NCBI GenBank assembly: GCA_963804645.1
Contig: CAWDRG010000009.1
Coordinates: forward strand, 1,280,001 to 1,344,000
Length of the DNA: 64,000 nucleotides
DNA from: an uncultured Bacillota bacterium
GTDB lineage: Bacteria; Sysuimicrobiota; Sysuimicrobiia; Sysuimicrobiales; Segetimicrobiaceae
Reading direction: 5' to 3'
This document shows positions 8,975-18,569 of this stretch, piece by piece. The translations under genes were made by a program, and so were the position numbers. Position 1 is the first letter of the stretch. The number at the start of each line of letters is the position of its first letter. Under the pieces are notes generated by a model that was given only the letters and a program-made list of their open reading frames with translations, ran no database searches and was not told where the DNA came from.

Positions 8975-10150
8975 TTAGGCCTTCGCGTCCACGCCCCGCC
9001 CCGTGTCGGTGGACTCGCGGCTCAGGATGAGCGCCGCCAGGCCGAGGGGGAGCGCGAGGCCGAATGGCGGCACGGGGCTGACCAGGGCCAGCGCGCCCCC
9101 GAGGAGCGGTCCCAGAAACAGCCCGTAGTCGATCGCGCTGTTGTACACGCCCATCGCCGTCGTGTAGCTCTCGCGCGCCGTCCGCCACGTCACGCGCGTC
9201 GCAAACATCACCGGGATCACGCCAAACGACGCGCCGTAGCATGCACCGAGCGCCAGGAAGCCGGCTGGCGAGCGCAGGAGCGGCACGAGGACGGCGGCCG
9301 CGCTCATCCCGACGATGCCCGCCGGAGCCACCCACGCCGCGCGGCGGTGGGCGATCATCCGGCCCGTGGCGATCTGCATGAGGGTGTACAGGCACCCCTG
9401 CACCGCGAAGACCCAGCCGACCACGGCGACCGAGATGCCGTGGTGCGCCATCTGCAGCGGGAGAAAGGTCGACCACAGGCCGCTGATGCCGAAGCACAGC
9501 ATGCACGCCGCGGACAGGCGGACCACGGTCCGATTGGCGAGCACGCTTCGCAGGTCGTGAGACGTGCCTGCGGGGGCCGCCCGCCGCGGTGCGGTTGCGG
9601 CCGCGACGGCGGGCAGGGCGAGGAGGCTCATCGCGCTCGCCAGGTAGAATGGGGCCCGGTCGCCGTGGCGTGCGGCGATGAACCCGCCGACCGCGGGACC
9701 GACCAGCGTGGCCGCGGAGGCCCAGAACCAGTACACGCTGAGCACACGTCCGCGCGTGCTGGCGGTGGACGACTCCGCGACCGCGGCCTGCAGCGGCGGC
9801 ACGAAGACCGCCCTGGCGCCGCCGATCGCCCCGAGCGTCGACGCGACTGCTCCGGCACTCCGGGCCGCGCTCGCCAGGACGAGGCAGATCGCGTTCGCCG
9901 AGAAGCCGGTGACGAGCGCCGCCCGCCTGCCGACCGCGCGCGCGACGAACCCGGCCTGCAGTTCCACGGTGCCCATGACGAGGCTCAGGATGCTGATCAG
10001 GAAGCCGATCTGTGCCGTGGTGTAGCCGAGGCGCGCGAGATGCAGAGGGAGGACGGGCAGGACCAGCTGCCAGGAGATATTTCCGCAGAAGCCCGCCGCG
10101 GCGAGCAGCAGCACGCGCGCGCCAACGCGCTCGACGCGCTTATCCATCAC
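8975..10150 (-). CDS. MFS transporter
   Basis: About 12 hydrophobic helices; motif-A-like GFVARAVGRR; GPAVGG; GPLLGG. Confidence 0.85.
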   Translation of the reverse strand: MMDKRVERVGARVLLLAAAGFCGNISWQLVLPVLPLHLARLGYTTAQIGFLISILSLVMGTVELQAGFVARAVGRRAALVTGFSANAICLVLASAARSAGAVASTLGAIGGARAVFVPPLQAAVAESSTASTRGRVLSVYWFWASAATLVGPAVGGFIAARHGDRAPFYLASAMSLLALPAVAAATAPRRAAPAGTSHDLRSVLANRTVVRLSAACMLCFGISGLWSTFLPLQMAHHGISVAVVGWVFAVQGCLYTLMQIATGRMIAHRRAAWVAPAGIVGMSAAAVLVPLLRSPAGFLALGACYGASFGVIPVMFATRVTWRTARESYTTAMGVYNSAIDYGLFLGPLLGGALALVSPVPPFGLALPLGLAALILSRESTDTGRGVDAKA

Positions 10151-10188
10151 GCGGGGTCACTCCGCGGGCGACCGGCTGCGGCGGCGGA

Positions 10189-10692
10189 TCACGGTTTGTA
10201 GTGCCACATGACGCCGTGGCCGCAGTCCCCGGTGAACTTTACCCCCGCGGATTCCGCGTTCTGCACGGTGGGATGCACGTGGAACGTGGTGAGCTGGCCG
10301 GGATCGAGCGGCTTGATCGGCACGACGCTCGCCTCGATCGAGCGGTCGTCTTCGTCGAAAAAGTACGCGATGACGTCGCAGGTGCCGCGCGTGTTCCCGT
10401 CGTTGCGCACGGTTCCGAAAAACCAGTTGACGGTGTCGTCCGACGTGCCCAGGTCCAAGTAGTGCTTTTCCACCACGACATAGTACGGGCCCGAAGACGA
10501 GGACGACGCCGCGACGGCCGGCGCGGCGCGGTTCAGCCCGGCATCCAGCACGGCACGCACGCGGTCGACGGCTGGCATCGCAAGCACGGCGGCCGCGGCG
10601 CCGATCACGACGCCGACGGCGAACGCCTGCCAGAGTGTCCGCGGCGCCGGCGGGCGTCTCCCGTCCGGGCGCACCGATGCGTCTTGCGGCAT
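10189..10692 (-). CDS. Membrane-anchored FxLYD-domain protein
   Basis: One TM helix, then GTVRNDG..CDVIAYFFDEDD..LDPGQLTTF. It is the C-terminal part of the listed 493-aa ORF. Confidence 0.65.
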   Translation of the reverse strand: MPQDASVRPDGRRPPAPRTLWQAFAVGVVIGAAAAVLAMPAVDRVRAVLDAGLNRAAPAVAASSSSSGPYYVVVEKHYLDLGTSDDTVNWFFGTVRNDGNTRGTCDVIAYFFDEDDRSIEASVVPIKPLDPGQLTTFHVHPTVQNAESAGVKFTGDCGHGVMWHYKP

Positions 10693-10848
10693 GCCCGTGG
10701 ATTCTTGAGGACGAAGCGCGATGCCTGCCGCGCCCGGGTCCAGGCAGGGGTTTGTTTCGAAGGCGGCAAACCGGTGAGCCTGTCGCTTGCGTACCGCCCG
10801 GCCGCGAGGACGGCGGCCGGGAACCCACGATCGCATCGAGGTGGCGCG

Positions 10849-11856
10849 GTGGAGACGCTCGACATACACTTTCACGTGGTGCCCTCGCAGTTTCTCGACG
10901 ACGTGCGCCGCGGGACGTTCAGCGAGGCCGTGACCATGGAACGCGCCGACGGCCGGGAGCGGATGGTCCAGCATGCGCCGCCCCACATCGTCCTTGAGCC
11001 GGGCGGCGGCGGGCTGCAGCCCGACGTGTACGACGAGACCCTGATTCTCTCGGCGATGGACCGCAAGAAACTCGACGGGGCGGTGATCGGTCCCTCCCCG
11101 GGTCAGTTTTACTACTGGGCCGCGCCGGAGATGGGCGAGCGCATGGCGCGCTCCGTCAACAACGGCATCGCGGCGATGGTGAAGGCGCACCCCGACCGGT
11201 TCATCGGCATCGGCACGGTGCCGATGCAGGACAGTGAGCGCGCGGTGCGCGAGCTCCGGCGCGCCGTGACGGAGCTCGGCCTTCGCGGCGTGGAGATCTG
11301 CACCCACATCGCCGGGGTCGATTTGGACGCCCCGCAGTTCATGTCGGTCTACGCGGAGGCGGAGCGGCTCGGCGTGCCGTTCTTTCTTCACCCTCAGAAT
11401 ACGGGCGACATCACCCGGATGAAGGAGTACCATCTGTGGAATCTCGCCGGGTTCCCGCTGGAGACGGCCCTCGCCGCGAGCCGGCTGCTGCTCAGCGGGA
11501 CGTTTGAAAAGTACCCGGGGTTCAAAATCATTCTCGCGCACGGGGGCGGGTATTTCCCGTACCAGGTCGGCCGGCTCGACCACGGCTACACCGTCCGGAA
11601 GGAGCTCCAGCATCTTCCGCGGCGTCCCAGCGAGTATCTCGCGAACATTTACTGCGACACCCTGACCCACAACGCGCTGTCGCTGCGGTTCTTAGTCGAT
11701 CGGATGGGCGACGACCACGTGGTGATCGGCAGCGACTATCCGTTCGACATGGGCTACGACCAGCCGGTTGAGATGGTCAAGGCGAGCGGGCTGGGCTCGG
11801 TGCGAGAAGCTAAAGTGCTGGGAAAGAACCTCGCCAAGCTGATGAAAGTCGGCTGA
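10849..11856 (+). CDS. Amidohydrolase-2 family protein (ACMSD/decarboxylase-like), copy 1
   Basis: DIHFH, FLHP, LAHGGG, GRLD, YCDT, GSDYPFDM; GTG start after GAGG. Confidence 0.9.
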   Translation: METLDIHFHVVPSQFLDDVRRGTFSEAVTMERADGRERMVQHAPPHIVLEPGGGGLQPDVYDETLILSAMDRKKLDGAVIGPSPGQFYYWAAPEMGERMARSVNNGIAAMVKAHPDRFIGIGTVPMQDSERAVRELRRAVTELGLRGVEICTHIAGVDLDAPQFMSVYAEAERLGVPFFLHPQNTGDITRMKEYHLWNLAGFPLETALAASRLLLSGTFEKYPGFKIILAHGGGYFPYQVGRLDHGYTVRKELQHLPRRPSEYLANIYCDTLTHNALSLRFLVDRMGDDHVVIGSDYPFDMGYDQPVEMVKASGLGSVREAKVLGKNLAKLMKVG

Positions 11857-11906
11857 GCGGCCCGCGCCGACCACCACGTTCGATTCGCCACAAGGGAGGT
11901 GCTCGC

Positions 11907-12902
11907 ATGACGCTCGGCTGGGGAATCATCGGGACCGGCGGGTTTGCCGGCAGCGCGGTCGCGCCCGCGATCAGCGTGCTCGGAGACCGCGGCACGCTCA
12001 TGGCGGCCGTGAGCCGTGACCGCGGCCGCGCGGACGAGTTCGCGGCGAAACACGGCGCCGCGCGCGCGTACACCGCGTACGAGGACCTGCTGCGCGACCC
12101 GGCAGTCCAGATCATCTACATCTCGACGCCGAACGCCCAGCACGCGGAGCAAGCGATCGCGGCGGCGCGGGCGGGCAAGCATGTGCTGTGCGAGAAGCCG
12201 CTCGCGCTGACGTCGGCGGACGCGCGGAGGGTCGTGGAGGAGTTTGCCAAGGCTGGGCTGAAACTTGGCACGCATTTTCAGACGCGGCATCACACGGCGT
12301 TCGTGGAGACGAAGCGGCTGCTGGAGGAACGCGCGATCGGCGACGTGATTCTCGTCCAGGTGGAGGTCAGCCCCGGGGCGGCCCCGCTGGGCGGATGGCG
12401 GACCGATCCGTCCCTCGCAGGCCTCGGCGTGATCAACAACCTGGGCGTCCACGCCTACGACCTCCTGCGGTACCTGCTCGGGTCGGAGGTGCGCGAGGTT
12501 GTCGCCCTGACCAACGTCGGGAGGACGCAGGAGCTGGAGCGGATGGCGGTGGCGCTGCTGCGGTTCGAGAACGGGGTCCTCGCGTACGTCAACGCGAATC
12601 AGAACGTCCCGTTCTACCAGCCCGACATCGCGATCTACGGCACGTCGGGACGGATCGTCGGGGCGGACTGCACGCGGCCGTTCCGTGACGGCGAGCTCCG
12701 CGTGCTGACGGAGGCCGGCGAGCGGGTGACGAAGCACACCAGCAGGGACGCGGTGGTGCGATCGGTGGCCGCGTTCAACACGGCGGTGGCGGAGAACCGA
12801 GAGCCCAACGCCTCGGGCGTCGACGGGTGGCGGAACGTGCAGGTGACCGAGGCGTTGATCGCCTCCGCGCGCGAGGGGCGGCTGACGCAGGTCGCGCGCT
12901 GA
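11907..12902 (+). CDS. Gfo/Idh/MocA family oxidoreductase
   Basis: WGIIGTG, STPNAQH, AGKHVLCEKP, GVHAYD; GGAGG RBS. Confidence 0.9.
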   Translation: MTLGWGIIGTGGFAGSAVAPAISVLGDRGTLMAAVSRDRGRADEFAAKHGAARAYTAYEDLLRDPAVQIIYISTPNAQHAEQAIAAARAGKHVLCEKPLALTSADARRVVEEFAKAGLKLGTHFQTRHHTAFVETKRLLEERAIGDVILVQVEVSPGAAPLGGWRTDPSLAGLGVINNLGVHAYDLLRYLLGSEVREVVALTNVGRTQELERMAVALLRFENGVLAYVNANQNVPFYQPDIAIYGTSGRIVGADCTRPFRDGELRVLTEAGERVTKHTSRDAVVRSVAAFNTAVAENREPNASGVDGWRNVQVTEALIASAREGRLTQVAR

Positions 12903-12955
12903 CGTCGGCGCCCGCCGAGGTTCGGACCGGCGGAGGAGGAGCGCAAGAGACGCGC

Positions 12956-13894
12956 ATGGCGGTTCCCAGCCTCTCGGATACGACCGCGCTGCGCCCCCAG
13001 CGGCCCAGAAGCCTCGGGGCGTTCCTGCGGTCCGCGGAGGCGCGCCACCAGCTGTGGGGCTACGTGTTCCTGGCGCCCATGTTCCTGCTGCTGGTGGCGT
13101 TCAAGTTCGTCCCGATGGTCCAGGCGTTCTACCTCAGCCTCACCAACTTCGATCTCTTGAGCCCGCCGCATTTCGTCGGCCTCACCAACTACGCCAGCCT
13201 CTTGCAAGATTCGACGTTTCGCCAGTCGGTGACCGTGACCGCGTACTTCGTGTTCGGGGTCTGCGTGCCGCTGTGGTTTTTCTCGCTCGGGCTCGCCCTG
13301 ATCTTCAACAGCGCTCTCCCGGCCAGGCACCTGCTGCGCATGGTGTACTTTCTCCCAGCGGTGATGCCGGTCGTCGTCTACGCGACGGTCTGGCGCTTCT
13401 TGTTTCATCCCTACGGGCTGCTCAACGACGGCCTGCACCTGTTCGGGGTGGCCCCGATCAACTGGCTGACCGACAGCCGGTGGACGATGCCGGGGTTCAT
13501 CCTGTCCGCGTGGTGGCGGTTCGTCCCGTACTTCATGATCCTGTACCTCGCCGGACTGCAGAACATCTCGCACGAGTACTACGAGGCGGCCGCGATCGAC
13601 GGCGCCTCGGGCCGGCAGCGGTTCTTCGCGATCACGCTGCCGCTGCTGCGCCCGACGATTCTGTTGGTGATGGTCGTCTCGCTGATCTTCATGTCGAAGG
13701 TCTTCACCAACGTGCTGATCATCACCGGGGGCGGCCCGGACGGCGCCACCTCGGTGCTGTCGTTTTTCATCTACCAGAACGGGCTGCAGTTCTTCAAGAT
13801 GGGCGTGGCCTGCGCGGCCTCGATCTTCCTGCTCGCCGGCATGGTCTCGTTTACGCTGATGCAGCTCGGTGTGTTCCGGGACGGCCGGACGTGA
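12956..13894 (+). CDS. Carbohydrate ABC transporter permease 1
   Basis: FVGLTNY; EAA loop YYEAAAIDGA; ITLPLLRP. Confidence 0.92.
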   Translation: MAVPSLSDTTALRPQRPRSLGAFLRSAEARHQLWGYVFLAPMFLLLVAFKFVPMVQAFYLSLTNFDLLSPPHFVGLTNYASLLQDSTFRQSVTVTAYFVFGVCVPLWFFSLGLALIFNSALPARHLLRMVYFLPAVMPVVVYATVWRFLFHPYGLLNDGLHLFGVAPINWLTDSRWTMPGFILSAWWRFVPYFMILYLAGLQNISHEYYEAAAIDGASGRQRFFAITLPLLRPTILLVMVVSLIFMSKVFTNVLIITGGGPDGATSVLSFFIYQNGLQFFKMGVACAASIFLLAGMVSFTLMQLGVFRDGRT

Positions 13895-14730
13895 TCAGCG
13901 GCCGCGGCCCGTACCACACCGCGCTGTACTGGACGCGCTTTGTCCTCGTCGCGGGCTTCGGGCTCGTGCTGCTGATCCCGATCTTCTGGATGCTGTCCGT
14001 CTCGCTGAAGCCGCTCGTCGAAGTGTTTCAGCTGCCGATGCAATGGCTCCCGCACCCGCCCGAATGGCATAACTACCCGGACGCGTGGAATCAGTTTCCG
14101 TTTACGCGCTACTTCGAGAATAGCTTGATCGTCTCGGTCGTGGTCACGGTCCTCAACGTGGTCCTGTCGGGGTTCGCGGGGTACAGCCTCGCCAAGTATC
14201 GCTACTTCGGACAGCGCGCGCTGTTCATTGCGATTCTCTGCACCCTGATGCTGCCGATCGAGGTCTTGATGGTGCCCACGTTCTTGATCGTCAAGGATCT
14301 CGGATGGCTGAACAGCTACCAGGGGCTGATCGTCCCGGTGGCCGCCGATGCATTCGGCGTGTTCCTGATGCGGCAGTTCATGCTGCATCTGCCCGACTCG
14401 CTCATCGAGGCGGCCCGGATCGACGGCGCGGGAGAACTGCGCACGTATTTCTGGATTGTCGTGCCGCTCGTCTGGCCGGCCGTGTTCACGCTCGCTCTCT
14501 TCACGTGGCGCGAGACGTGGGACTCGTTTGTCTGGCCGTACATCATCATCACGAACGACAGCCTGCGCACGGTGCCGCTCGGGCTGCAGCAGTTCCAAGC
14601 GCAATACGTGACGACGTACAACCAGCTCATGGCGATCTCGACGATCGCGATGGTACCGCTCATGCTCGTCTTTTTCTTCTTCCAGCGCACGTTCATTCAG
14701 GGGATCACGCTGTCCGGGTTGAAGGAATAG
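13891..14730 (+). CDS. Carbohydrate ABC transporter permease 2
   Basis: GTGA start/stop overlap; FLMRQF..LPDSLIEAARIDGAG; FQRTFIQG..SGLK. Confidence 0.92.
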   Translation: MISGRGPYHTALYWTRFVLVAGFGLVLLIPIFWMLSVSLKPLVEVFQLPMQWLPHPPEWHNYPDAWNQFPFTRYFENSLIVSVVVTVLNVVLSGFAGYSLAKYRYFGQRALFIAILCTLMLPIEVLMVPTFLIVKDLGWLNSYQGLIVPVAADAFGVFLMRQFMLHLPDSLIEAARIDGAGELRTYFWIVVPLVWPAVFTLALFTWRETWDSFVWPYIIITNDSLRTVPLGLQQFQAQYVTTYNQLMAISTIAMVPLMLVFFFFQRTFIQGITLSGLKE

Positions 14731-14765
14731 CGCGTGGCCCGCCTTCCGCGCGTATCGGATCCCGC

Positions 14766-15785
14766 ATGACACCCCGCGTGTTCGTCGTCCAGCCGGTCCC
14801 CGACGCCGCGCTCGCGCTGCTGCGCGAGGTGGCGGAGGTCACCGTCTACCCGCATCTCGACCGGCAGATCACCACGGACGAACTCGTCGCGAGCGCGAAG
14901 CGCACCGACTACCTGTTCGCGATGCACGAGACGATCGTGCCGGCCGAGGTCGTACGCGCGAACCCCCGGCTCCGGGGCATTTCGGTCGTCGCGCGGTCGG
15001 CCGAGTTCATCGATCTGGCGACGGCGCGCGAGCTTCGGATCCCGGTGGCGACGCTCTATCCGGCCGACGAGATCTACGGCCGCATCGCCAAGGCGACGGC
15101 CGACCTCACCGCCGGCATGCTGCTGAGCCTGGCGTACCGGTTGCTCGACGCGGATCGCTTCACGCGGCAGGGGCGGTTCAAGCAGGAGCAGTCCCTGGCC
15201 CTCATGGGCCTCGGGTGTCCCGGGAAGACGGTCGGGCTGATCGGCCTCGGCGTCGTCGGCGAGCTGCTCGTCCCGCGGCTGCGGTCCTTCGAGATGGAGG
15301 TCCTCTACACCAAGCGCACGCGCCTCTCCGAGGCGCGCGAACGGGCCCTTGGGGTCACGTGGGCGTCCGGGAAGGACGAGGTGCTGCGGGGGAGCGACTA
15401 CGTCTGCATCGCGTGCGACTACAATTCGAGCACGCACCGTCTGATCGGCGCCCGCGAATTCCGCCTGATGCGGCGGTCGGCCTACCTCATCAACACCGCG
15501 CGCGGCCGCATCGTCGACGAACCGGCGCTCATCGCGGCGCTGCGCGACGGGACGATCGCCGGGGCCGCGCTGGACGTGTACTGGAATGAGCCTCCCGAGA
15601 CGCACGACCCGGCTCCGAGCGAGGCACTGTACGATCTGCATAATGTCATCCTTGCGCCCCACAACGGGGGAGCGACGTGGGACGTCCGCACCGCGATGAC
15701 GGTGTCGTGCGCGCAGAACATCGTCGCCATGATCAAAGGGGAACGGCCGCCCGGACTCTGCAACCCCGAGATCTACGACGGGTAG
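14766..15785 (+). CDS. D-2-hydroxyacid dehydrogenase (glyoxylate reductase-like, divergent)
   Basis: GKTVGLIGLGVVG, INTARG, LDVYWNEP, APHNGG. Confidence 0.88.
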   Translation: MTPRVFVVQPVPDAALALLREVAEVTVYPHLDRQITTDELVASAKRTDYLFAMHETIVPAEVVRANPRLRGISVVARSAEFIDLATARELRIPVATLYPADEIYGRIAKATADLTAGMLLSLAYRLLDADRFTRQGRFKQEQSLALMGLGCPGKTVGLIGLGVVGELLVPRLRSFEMEVLYTKRTRLSEARERALGVTWASGKDEVLRGSDYVCIACDYNSSTHRLIGAREFRLMRRSAYLINTARGRIVDEPALIAALRDGTIAGAALDVYWNEPPETHDPAPSEALYDLHNVILAPHNGGATWDVRTAMTVSCAQNIVAMIKGERPPGLCNPEIYDG

Positions 15786-16023
15786 GTCGCCGAACCGTGC
15801 GAACACCCATGCCCCCCACGCGGCCTGAGCCTCGGCGCGCCGGGGCGGAGGGACCGCCCGCGGCCCCGGATCAGGCGCCGCCGCGGTCTCGATCCGGGGC
15901 GTCCGGGTGGGGCGGGGAGCAGGAGCGCCGCCGCTGAGCGAGAACACGCAGGGACGAATGACGACGGTCCGTGCCGCGCGGTTTAGCAGGCGACAGTAGG
16001 CGTCCGGAGGGAGGAGTCTGCGC

Positions 16024-17334
16024 GTGAAGAGCCATGGCCGATTGGTGACCGCGATTCTGCTCGCAGTGGTGCTCGCGATCGGGGTGACGATGTACGGCGG
16101 GGTGGGCGTGCCGTCCGCCAGCGAAGCCGCGGGATGGACGCTGCCGTCGGGGTCCGTTAACCTCGCCTACTGGGACGGCGGCGACAGCACGAAGAGCAAT
16201 CTGGTCCAGACAATGCTCCGGCAGTACGCGCAGCTCCATCCCAATTACAAGGTCCAGTTCACGACGGACGTCTTTTCCGATAAGGTCGCGGTCGCGTTGA
16301 GCGCTGGGACGGTGGCGCCGCTGTTTGAGGTCGCCGACTGGAACCTGCCGAAGTACATCCAGGCCGGGCTGCTCGATCCGCTCCCGCCCGCGGCCTGGGG
16401 CCGGCAAACCGTGGCGCAGGTGCTCGACGGGTACATTCCGCATCTCCTCGACGCCCAGTACGCGAACGGCAATCTGTATGCCGTTCCGGACCAGCAGAAC
16501 GCCCACAGTCTCTACATCGACAACAATTTGTTCAAGGCGGCGGGCCTCGACCCGGTCAAGGACGCGCCGAAGACCTGGGCGGACGTCGCGCATCTCAATC
16601 AGGTGCTGACCAAGCGGCAGGGCAACCAGATCGTGCAGAAGGGCTTCGAGATGCGCTACGTTTGCCCCGACGGCCACTGGGTGGCCCAGATGTTTCAGAT
16701 CCTGCTGTACCAAGCCGGCGGCCAGATGTTTCAGGGCGCCCAGCCCGCCTTCGACAGCGCGGCGGGCGTCAAGGCGCTTGAGACGTGGAAGAGCGTGACC
16801 GTGGCGCCGCAGGTCACGCAGAACACCTGCGCGTCCCCGTACCAGGATTTCGCCGACGGGCAGGACGCGATGACGTTCATGGGGCCGAACGGCGGTCCGT
16901 CGATCGAGCTGATCAATCCCAAACTCGCCGGCAACTACACGGTCGTCCCGCTGCCGCAGCTGGATCCGTCGCACCCGGCGACGATCGTCTACTCGTTCAA
17001 CTGGGCCGTCTACGCCAAGGCGCCCGCCGATCAGAAGATGGTCGCGTGGGATCTGGTGCACTACCTGAGCTCGCAGCCGCTCGTGTGGTGGAGCCAGATC
17101 AAGTTCCTGCAGTCGCGGCAGGGCTGGTTCGATACCCCGGAGGCCAAGGCCACGCCGTTCCTCGGCGTGTTCATCCATGACCTGTCCGTGGGCCGCCCGG
17201 TGGCCCGCACGACCAACTATCCTCAGCTGCAGCCGATTTTGGGCCGGATGATCGATCGGGTGATCCTGAACAACCAGGACCCGAAGGCCGCCTTGGACCA
17301 GGCCGTCAGCGAGTACCAGCAGGCGACGAAATAA
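16024..17334 (+). CDS. ABC transporter substrate-binding protein (family 1, sugar-type)
   Basis: Signal peptide without lipobox; GNLYAVP, LYIDNNLFKAAGLD, PKTWAD, AWDLVHYL; GGAGG RBS. Confidence 0.9.
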   Translation: MKSHGRLVTAILLAVVLAIGVTMYGGVGVPSASEAAGWTLPSGSVNLAYWDGGDSTKSNLVQTMLRQYAQLHPNYKVQFTTDVFSDKVAVALSAGTVAPLFEVADWNLPKYIQAGLLDPLPPAAWGRQTVAQVLDGYIPHLLDAQYANGNLYAVPDQQNAHSLYIDNNLFKAAGLDPVKDAPKTWADVAHLNQVLTKRQGNQIVQKGFEMRYVCPDGHWVAQMFQILLYQAGGQMFQGAQPAFDSAAGVKALETWKSVTVAPQVTQNTCASPYQDFADGQDAMTFMGPNGGPSIELINPKLAGNYTVVPLPQLDPSHPATIVYSFNWAVYAKAPADQKMVAWDLVHYLSSQPLVWWSQIKFLQSRQGWFDTPEAKATPFLGVFIHDLSVGRPVARTTNYPQLQPILGRMIDRVILNNQDPKAALDQAVSEYQQATK

Positions 17335-17336
17335 CG

Positions 17337-18344
17337 ATGGAGTCGATCGACATCCACTTCCATGTCGTGCCGCCGGCGTTTGTGGAGGCGGTGCGCCGCG
17401 GGGAGTTCTCGGACGTCGTCCACATCGAGCGGAGAAGCGGCACCGATCACATGCTCTTTCACGCGCCGCCGGACGTGGTGGTCGAGCCCGGTTCAGCGCT
17501 GGACCCGGCGGAACACGAGGTGCCGTTGATCGTGGAGGGGCTCAACCGCCGCCAGCTCGACGCGGCGGTCATCGGGCCGTCTCCGGGACTCTTTTTCTAC
17601 TGGGCCGGCCCGGCCCTCGGGGCCCGGCTGGCCGGCGCGCTCAACGACGGCATCGCGGCGATGGTGCGAGCCCATCCCGACCGGTTCATCGGGATGGGCA
17701 CCGTGCCGATGCAGGACGGCGCGCTCGCGGCGCGCGAGGTCGAGCGGGCGGTGACCGAGCTGGGTCTGCGCGCCATTGAGGTCTGCACCCACGTCAACGG
17801 GGTGGACTTGGACCACCCGAGTTTCACGCCGATGTTCGCCGCGGTGGAACGCCTCAACGTGCCCGTGTTCATTCATCCGCAGAACTGGGGCGACATGCGG
17901 CGGTGGAAATCTCACCACATTTGGAATCTGGTCGGATTTCCGACGGAGACCGCGCTCGCGGCCGCGCACCTGATCTTGGGAGGGGTATTCGAGAAGTTCC
18001 CCCGCCTCAAGGTGGTCCTCGCGCACGGCGGCGGATATTTTCCGTACCAGGTTGGCCGGCTGGATCATGGGTACGACGTGCGCCGGGAGTTGAACGAGCA
18101 TCTGCCGAGGCATCCTAGTGAATATCTTGGCGGCATTTACTGCGACACGCTGACCCACAGCGGGATGGCGCTGCGGTATCTACTCGAGCGGGTCGGCGAC
18201 GACCACGTCGTGATCGGCAGCGACTATCCGTTTGACATGGGCTACGACCATCCCGTCGCCATGGTGCGGGAGAGCGGGCTGGGGCGGGAGCGAGAAGCGA
18301 AAGTACTCGGCAAGAATCTGGCCAAGCTGCTCGGAATCGGGTGA
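17337..18344 (+). CDS. Amidohydrolase-2 family protein (ACMSD-like), copy 2
   Basis: Same motifs and same length (1008 nt) as 10849-11856; long identical stretches such as LAHGGGYFPYQVGRLDHGY and DDHVVIGSDYPFDMGYD. Confidence 0.9.
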   Translation: MESIDIHFHVVPPAFVEAVRRGEFSDVVHIERRSGTDHMLFHAPPDVVVEPGSALDPAEHEVPLIVEGLNRRQLDAAVIGPSPGLFFYWAGPALGARLAGALNDGIAAMVRAHPDRFIGMGTVPMQDGALAAREVERAVTELGLRAIEVCTHVNGVDLDHPSFTPMFAAVERLNVPVFIHPQNWGDMRRWKSHHIWNLVGFPTETALAAAHLILGGVFEKFPRLKVVLAHGGGYFPYQVGRLDHGYDVRRELNEHLPRHPSEYLGGIYCDTLTHSGMALRYLLERVGDDHVVIGSDYPFDMGYDHPVAMVRESGLGREREAKVLGKNLAKLLGIG

Positions 18345-18347
18345 CCG

Positions 18348-18386
18348 TCGACCCCACGCCCGACGGCCCGTCGGGCGTGGGGTCGA
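18348..18386. repeat. Perfect 19-bp inverted repeat with 1-nt spacer
   Basis: TCGACCCCACGCCCGACGG-C-CCGTCGGGCGTGGGGTCGA, 3 bp after the stop codon; no U-tract. Confidence 0.85.
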
Positions 18387-18569
18387 ACCTCGATCGTTCC
18401 AGCACGCGCCGCCCGGCGGCCCGCACGCTGACGCTGGCCATGGGACTGGTACCGCCTCGCGTAGCACCATGCCGATTCGACGGGCGCGCCGCATGACGCA
18501 GCCGAGGACTGCGCGGCCGCGCTGACGCGTCGGACGGTTCGGTCGGACATCGACAGGTGAGGTGATGGG

